Shown: piece after piece, positions 58,780 to 64,000 of the stretch
How positions within the stretch are numbered: position 1 is the first letter of the stretch
Layout: each line of letters starts with the position of its first letter
Assembly: GCA_951406725.2 (NCBI GenBank)
Contig: OX597827.1
Coordinates: forward strand, 49,662,001 to 49,726,000
DNA from: Octopus vulgaris
Lineage: Eukaryota
DNA length: 64,000 bases
Direction of reading: 5' to 3'
Notes under the pieces: model-generated
The model's database searches: none
Told to the model about the DNA's origin: nothing
The model's input: only the letters and a program-made list of their open reading frames with translations
Translations under genes and position numbers: made by a program

Positions 58780-58934
58780 AGCAATAATAAGTTAATGCAT
58801 GAACGACTTCAATAGGTTTTTGATTCACAAGGATTTGTGTATCCCCTTGCCCACTGGATTGCATCTCCTTTGTTTTCTCGGAGCAGATCCTAAGACCATC
58901 CTTTCCCGCTTCTTCAGCCATTAGACTCCTGGCA
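58780..58934 (-). mobile_element. Short LINE RT fragment of another RTE-like family
   Basis: EEAGKDGLRICSEKTKEM...IEVVHALTY resembles the GL.I...KTK...IE.V..F.YLG motif. Confidence 0.45.
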
Positions 58935-60335
58935 TAGGCCACAGGTTATGGTCTCACTTGGCTTGCTGAGTCTTCTCAAGCACAGCATATTTCCAAAGGT
59001 CTCGGTCACAAGTCATTGCCTTGGTGAGGCCTAATGTTTGAAGGTCGTGTTTCACCACCTCATCCCAGGTTTTCCTGGGTCTACCTCTTCCACAGTTTCC
59101 CTCAACCACTAGGATGTGGCACTTTTTCACACAGCTATCCTCATCTATTCTCACCACATGACCATACCAGCATTGTCGTCTCTTTTGCACACCGCATCTG
59201 ATGCTTCTTAGGTCCAACTTTTCTCTCAAGGTACTTACACTCTGTCGGGTACGCACACTGACATTACACATCCATCAGAGCATACTGGCTTCATTCCTTG
59301 CGAGCTTACACATGTCCTCAGCAGTCACAGCCCATGTTTCACTGCCATGTAATATGGCTGTTCATACACATGCATCATACAGTCTACCTTTTACTCTGGG
59401 TGAGAGGCCCTTTGTCACCAGCAGAGGAAAGAGCTCTCTGAACTTTGCCCAGGCTATTCTTATTCTAGCAGCTACACTTTCAGCACACCCTCTCCTGCTA
59501 CTGACTTGGTCACCTAGGTAATGGAAGCTATCAACTACTTCTCCCTGGAAACTGGCGGAAGTTGTTCTCTGCACATTTTCAGTGTTTATTGCTCCTGAGC
59601 ATCTGCCACATACAAAAACTATCTTCCCAGTTAGCCTTCATTCGATATTGCTGCACCTCTTATATGTCCCTAGCTTACATGGGGTACATCTTATAGAGAT
59701 TCTACCTACGCCTTTTCTACAGATTGAGCGGGATCATCTACCAGAAGAGATTTGTGATTTGCTCACCTTCCTACTTAATAAGGCTTTAGTTTTTGCTAGG
59801 TTAACTCTAAGGCACTTCGATTCTAGACCTTGCTTCCACACATGAAACTTCTCTAGTTCTGGTAGTGACTCTGTTATTAGAGCAAAGGTCATCAGCACAG
59901 AGGAAGACCTAGGGGCAGCCTGTCTTGAATTCCTCTGTTATTAGCTCTGAAGTAAATAATTCCTATGAAGTAAATTCCTCTGCTATTGCCTGGAGGATTA
60001 TGATAAACAAGAGGGGGCTAAGAACTGATCCTTAATGAACCCCTACTTCTACCCGGAATTCTTTGCTATACTTATTGCCAACCATCACCTTACTGACAGC
60101 ATCCCTGTACATGGCTTGTACAGCTCTCGCCAACACCTCATCTATCCCTAGTTTCCGCATTGACCACCAGATAAGGGATGAGGGGACCATGTCAAAGGCT
60201 TTCTCCATGTCAACAAAAGCCAAGTACAGATGTTTATTTTCAGCTAGGAATTTCTTCTGCAGTTTTCTTACTAAAAATATAGCATCAGTGGTGCTTCTCC
60301 CTGGCACAAACTCAAACTGCATCTCATCTAAACTA
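58935..60335 (-). mobile_element. Degenerate RTE LINE of the same family (RT fragment)
   Basis: ORFs 60032-60322 (GRSTTDAIF, AFVDMEKAFD), 59362-59574 and 58954-59271, homologous to 9270-10283, with frameshifts and stops. Confidence 0.9.
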
Positions 60336-60572
60336 GCACAGACCCAAACTGCTTATATATAAATATTTGCTTTTCATTCAGTCATAATAAAAACAATTTT
60401 ACATTGTTTTGAAAGGTTACTCCTGTTATTGAGTACAAATTTAATATTCTTTAAAAAGAACAGCACTGACAGTGACTTTGAAGCTTTGGCCAGCTAAGCC
60501 ATCATTGGTCTGTGATGCATGCCTGCATTCTGATGATGGGTTAGTTAGCTGGCCAAAACATCAAATTCACCA

Positions 60573-60652
<80 letters not shown>

Positions 60653-61333
60653 AATTAGTAAATAAATGGCACAACTAAGTACCGATATTTACTGGAAATA
60701 GTGAACGTAAAAATACGACGTTAATGTGTAGCTTCACCGCGTATGTATTAGCAAAAATGCGTGTGTGCAACAAAATAGAGAAAAAAAACCGTCTTACCTC
60801 CAGGGAGAACATCTGAAAGATGAAACACCCGGAAAAGGATAATGTGGTACCTGCAGGTTTCAGGTTTTACAAGATATGTATCTCACCCATATTTTGTTTT
60901 ACCTTCATCAGCCAAACATATACCAAGACGAAATCTACGATGTTACCACATAAATACTAACACACTCGACTGAAATGCGGAACGCTAACAGTACGAGAAA
61001 TGGTGAAGAAGTTTCAAAATATCAGTAATGCAATACAAAGTATTGCCTTCCAGTAAAAAGTAGCCCGTGAGGGAAAAATACACAAATTAGTAAATAAATA
61101 TATATATATTTATATATACAAGCAATAATAAATCTCTGAGCAAGGTATAAACAGTAGCTGCAACACATTGTGAAGTATATTTGCCACTTAAATGTGGCTA
61201 ACCCCTAAGGGTGGATGCTACTGTAGCTTGTAGCCCCAGGAGGACACCTCCTCCAGCTGGCTATTGATGCACTTTCTGTGCCCTGTCAGTATTTGCGAAG
61301 GGAAGCCATCCTCCCCACCTTCAACCTATGATA

Positions 61334-61378
61334 CACACGAACTCGAGTTTCTGGGTATTGACACATCATCAGCGTGTG
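61334..61378 (-). ncRNA. Minimal type I hammerhead ribozyme motif
   Basis: Reverse complement reads CACACG-CTGATGA-TGTGTCAATACCCA-GAAAC-TCGA-GTT-CGTGTG: 6-bp helix I, canonical core, 5-bp helix II with one mismatch, palindromic helix III. Confidence 0.68.
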
Positions 61379-61402
61379 ACAATCACGAGTTGTCAATGAA
61401 AA

Positions 61403-61448
<46 letters not shown>

Positions 61449-61828
61449 GCATATTTTTATCAGGTGGTCGTACTGCTTGTACAGATTCCCATGACTCTCT
61501 GTGACCATCTTTAAACTGGGACCTTAAAGTCATAGTGTATTTTTCATTAGCTGATTACACAACCATAAATACTGCCCCTGTGGATTACATTGCAATTGCT
61601 CTCTTGATAGAGCTTGGTAATCTTGACTGTTGATCTTCTAAGATTCTTCTACTCAGTACAATGTAAGAAGTACCACCTAGCATCATTATAAGAAGCACCA
61701 TTCACCATCAATATAAGAAGCACTCTGTTAAGCTCTTCCACTACCTCTTCTCAATCTACAATGCTGCAGTCCCATGACTTTGCAGTATCCCCAGCAGTGT
61801 GGCTGAGTGGGTGGTATGCCTTGCCAAA

Positions 61829-62243
61829 GGCGGTGAGCTAGCAGAAATGTTAGCATGCCGGGCGAAATGCTTAGTGGTATTTCGTCTGCCGTTACGTTCT
61901 GAGTTCAAATTCCGTCGAGGTCGACTTTGCCTTTCATCCTTTTGGGGTCGATTAAATAAGTACTAGTTGCACACTGGAGTGGATGTAATCGACTTAATCC
62001 GTTTGTCTGTCCTTGTTTATCCCCTCTGTGTTTAGCCCCTTGCGGGTAGTAAAGAAATAGGTACTTCGTCTGCTGTTATGTTCTGAGTTCAAATTCCGTC
62101 GAGGTCGACTTTGCCTTTCATCCTTATGGGGTCGATTAAATAAGTACCAGTTACACACTGGGGTGGATGTAATCGACTTAATCCGTTTGTCTGTCCTTGT
62201 TTGTCCCCTCTGTGTTTAGCCCCTTGTGGGTAGTAAAGAAATA
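61829..62243 (+). mobile_element. SINE family A partial dimer with a single flanking TSD
   Basis: Second unit starts GGTACTTCGTCTG at about 62060; GGTATGCCTTGCCAAAG flanks the whole dimer. Confidence 0.87.
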
Positions 62244-62603
62244 GGTATGCCTTGCCAAAGGGCAACCCATAATTATGCAGAACATAGTCATCACTTAAGG
62301 AGGTATTTTCAAAGTACTAGCATAGCCAGACACACATACAAAGTATCAATAAAGTAATGCTGGAAAAATACATCATTTGTGGCCTCATACCTCTGTTAGA
62401 AATTATTTTTATTCTTAGTTTAAACTCTGCAAATACTGACTTTGCTTTTCAGCCCTATAAGTTTGATAGAACAAGTTTCACTGATGCATTTTAGGTGAGG
62501 TTGGAGGTGGCTAGTGCAGATACTAATAAAGTTATCCATACAATTTTGTGTTTATTTCTACCATCCTAATTTTAACTTTAAATTTTTTTTTCTACCTGAT
62601 CAG

Positions 62604-62787
62604 ATAAAATTTCGGTCGCAGATCCTGATGTGACTTCTTCAAACCATTATTCTGTACATCTTGATTGGTCTTCTTCTCTGCTCCAGTTCAAATACCACAT
62701 TCTAAATGAAACTGAGAGAATCTACACCATTGCACAGCAATGTGAAGGTCATATTGAACACGAAGATGGCTGGAAAAATGTATATAT
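62604..62787 (+). CDS. FANK1: FANK1 paralog (copy B) exon 2; gene continues beyond the window
   Basis: 184-nt exon, same length and phases as 26125-26308, open frame [60 protein letters not shown]; 42 of 60 aa identical to copy A by manual count. Confidence 0.9.
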
Positions 62788-64000
62788 GTATGTACACTAA
62801 TATGTGCTGATTTATCTTGTAGGATAGTTAACTTTAAAATTTAAAGACGATTTCATTTATATGAAAATAGTTATTGCTGTTGTTTAATCCAGTTTAGCCT
62901 TGATACAGGAGACATATAATCAAAGACATTCCAGCTGTGACATTCCTGTTTTTTTTATTCTTACAGAGTGTATTTATGTTAATATTATCTAATGTGTCTT
63001 TCTTTGTCAGACCTGATTCAGTAACCTTATTATTAAAGACATTCTAGTTTGAACAATCTGTGTTTTATTTAATGTGATTTTCCATTTTTTTTAAGATGAT
63101 AGGATGTAAGATGAAATAAATTTGGCTGCTATTTCAGGTAGATTGAGCAGATGCATAAATGATTCTATATTCCTTCTCTCCATTGATGAAATTGCATTAC
63201 TGCTGCTGACCTTAATCAAATAGTACTGTTCAGTCAAGGTCAGCTGCACATTAAACATTACTGAAAACAATATAAACTATTGAGTGTAACTTTTATTGCT
63301 TTTTGCTGATGTGGTATAAATTAGATACAGTGGCTCTGAAGTTAAGGTGATTCACAACTGATTGCATAGCCACATGTCCAATTCTTATTCCATATAGATG
63401 CTAATCATTTACTTTCATCAACTGAATGATTTTCTGATAACAATCTTCACAGCAAAACTAAGTATATTTACATGCACTCTGATATACAGTGTGGTACAAT
63501 ATATGATTAAGCTTTGTATGTATCAGAATATATTTTTTAGGAGTTTGTGCCTAAATTAGAGAATATAGTATTTTATACCAAGCCTGAAGACAGTTTTTAC
63601 AAAGACTCAAAATTACTAGAAGCTAGTTTTTTATCACCAAATTTTCTCCACAACAAGACTTAATATATTTACATACCTACAATAAACATCTGCTGTAACC
63701 ATGCCATCTTTCCTGGAGGTTTGCATCCAGAGCTTGGACATCCGGTATATTCATCTATTTTTAAGACTGTAGGATAAAACTTGGAGCAAATCTAAGAGCT
63801 GTTGCATGCACAGAATATATCATGTAATGTACTAGTAATAATACTTAAAATCATAAAAGAAAATACAAACCTTATTTTAATTCACACTATAGAACTTACT
63901 CTAAGCCAAACTTTATTGTAGAGTGGATATAGTTGATGTTAGTAAATCACTGATACTTTCTTAGTTGACACTGTGTGAAGATGGAAGGCAAGTTTGACAA

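Overview
Eukaryotic, AT-rich, repeat-dense genomic DNA, most likely from an octopus/coleoid cephalopod (inferred from the tRNA-derived SINE families, RTE LINEs with (GAT)n tails and dense microsatellites). Most of the supplied ORFs are repeat or microsatellite artefacts. Main content: (1) a complete 10-coding-exon + strand FANK1-like gene (fibronectin type III plus ankyrin repeats; CDS join 21504-52137, 1035 nt, 344 aa) with a probable intron in its 3' UTR; (2) the first two exons of a diverged tandem FANK1 paralog (58118-58127, 62604-62787) that continues past the window; (3) a decayed intronless RABEPK-like kelch retrocopy on the - strand (about 3225-4084); (4) many transposon remnants (RTE, CR1/L2 and R4-like LINEs, four SINE families, Tc1/mariner, piggyBac-type and 8-bp-TSD MITEs, Helitrons); (5) several type I hammerhead-ribozyme motifs in Penelope/retrozyme-like repeats next to (TA)n tracts inside the FANK1 introns, including a pair carried in a roughly 240-bp inverted repeat. 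All calls are by-eye readings; no database search was run.
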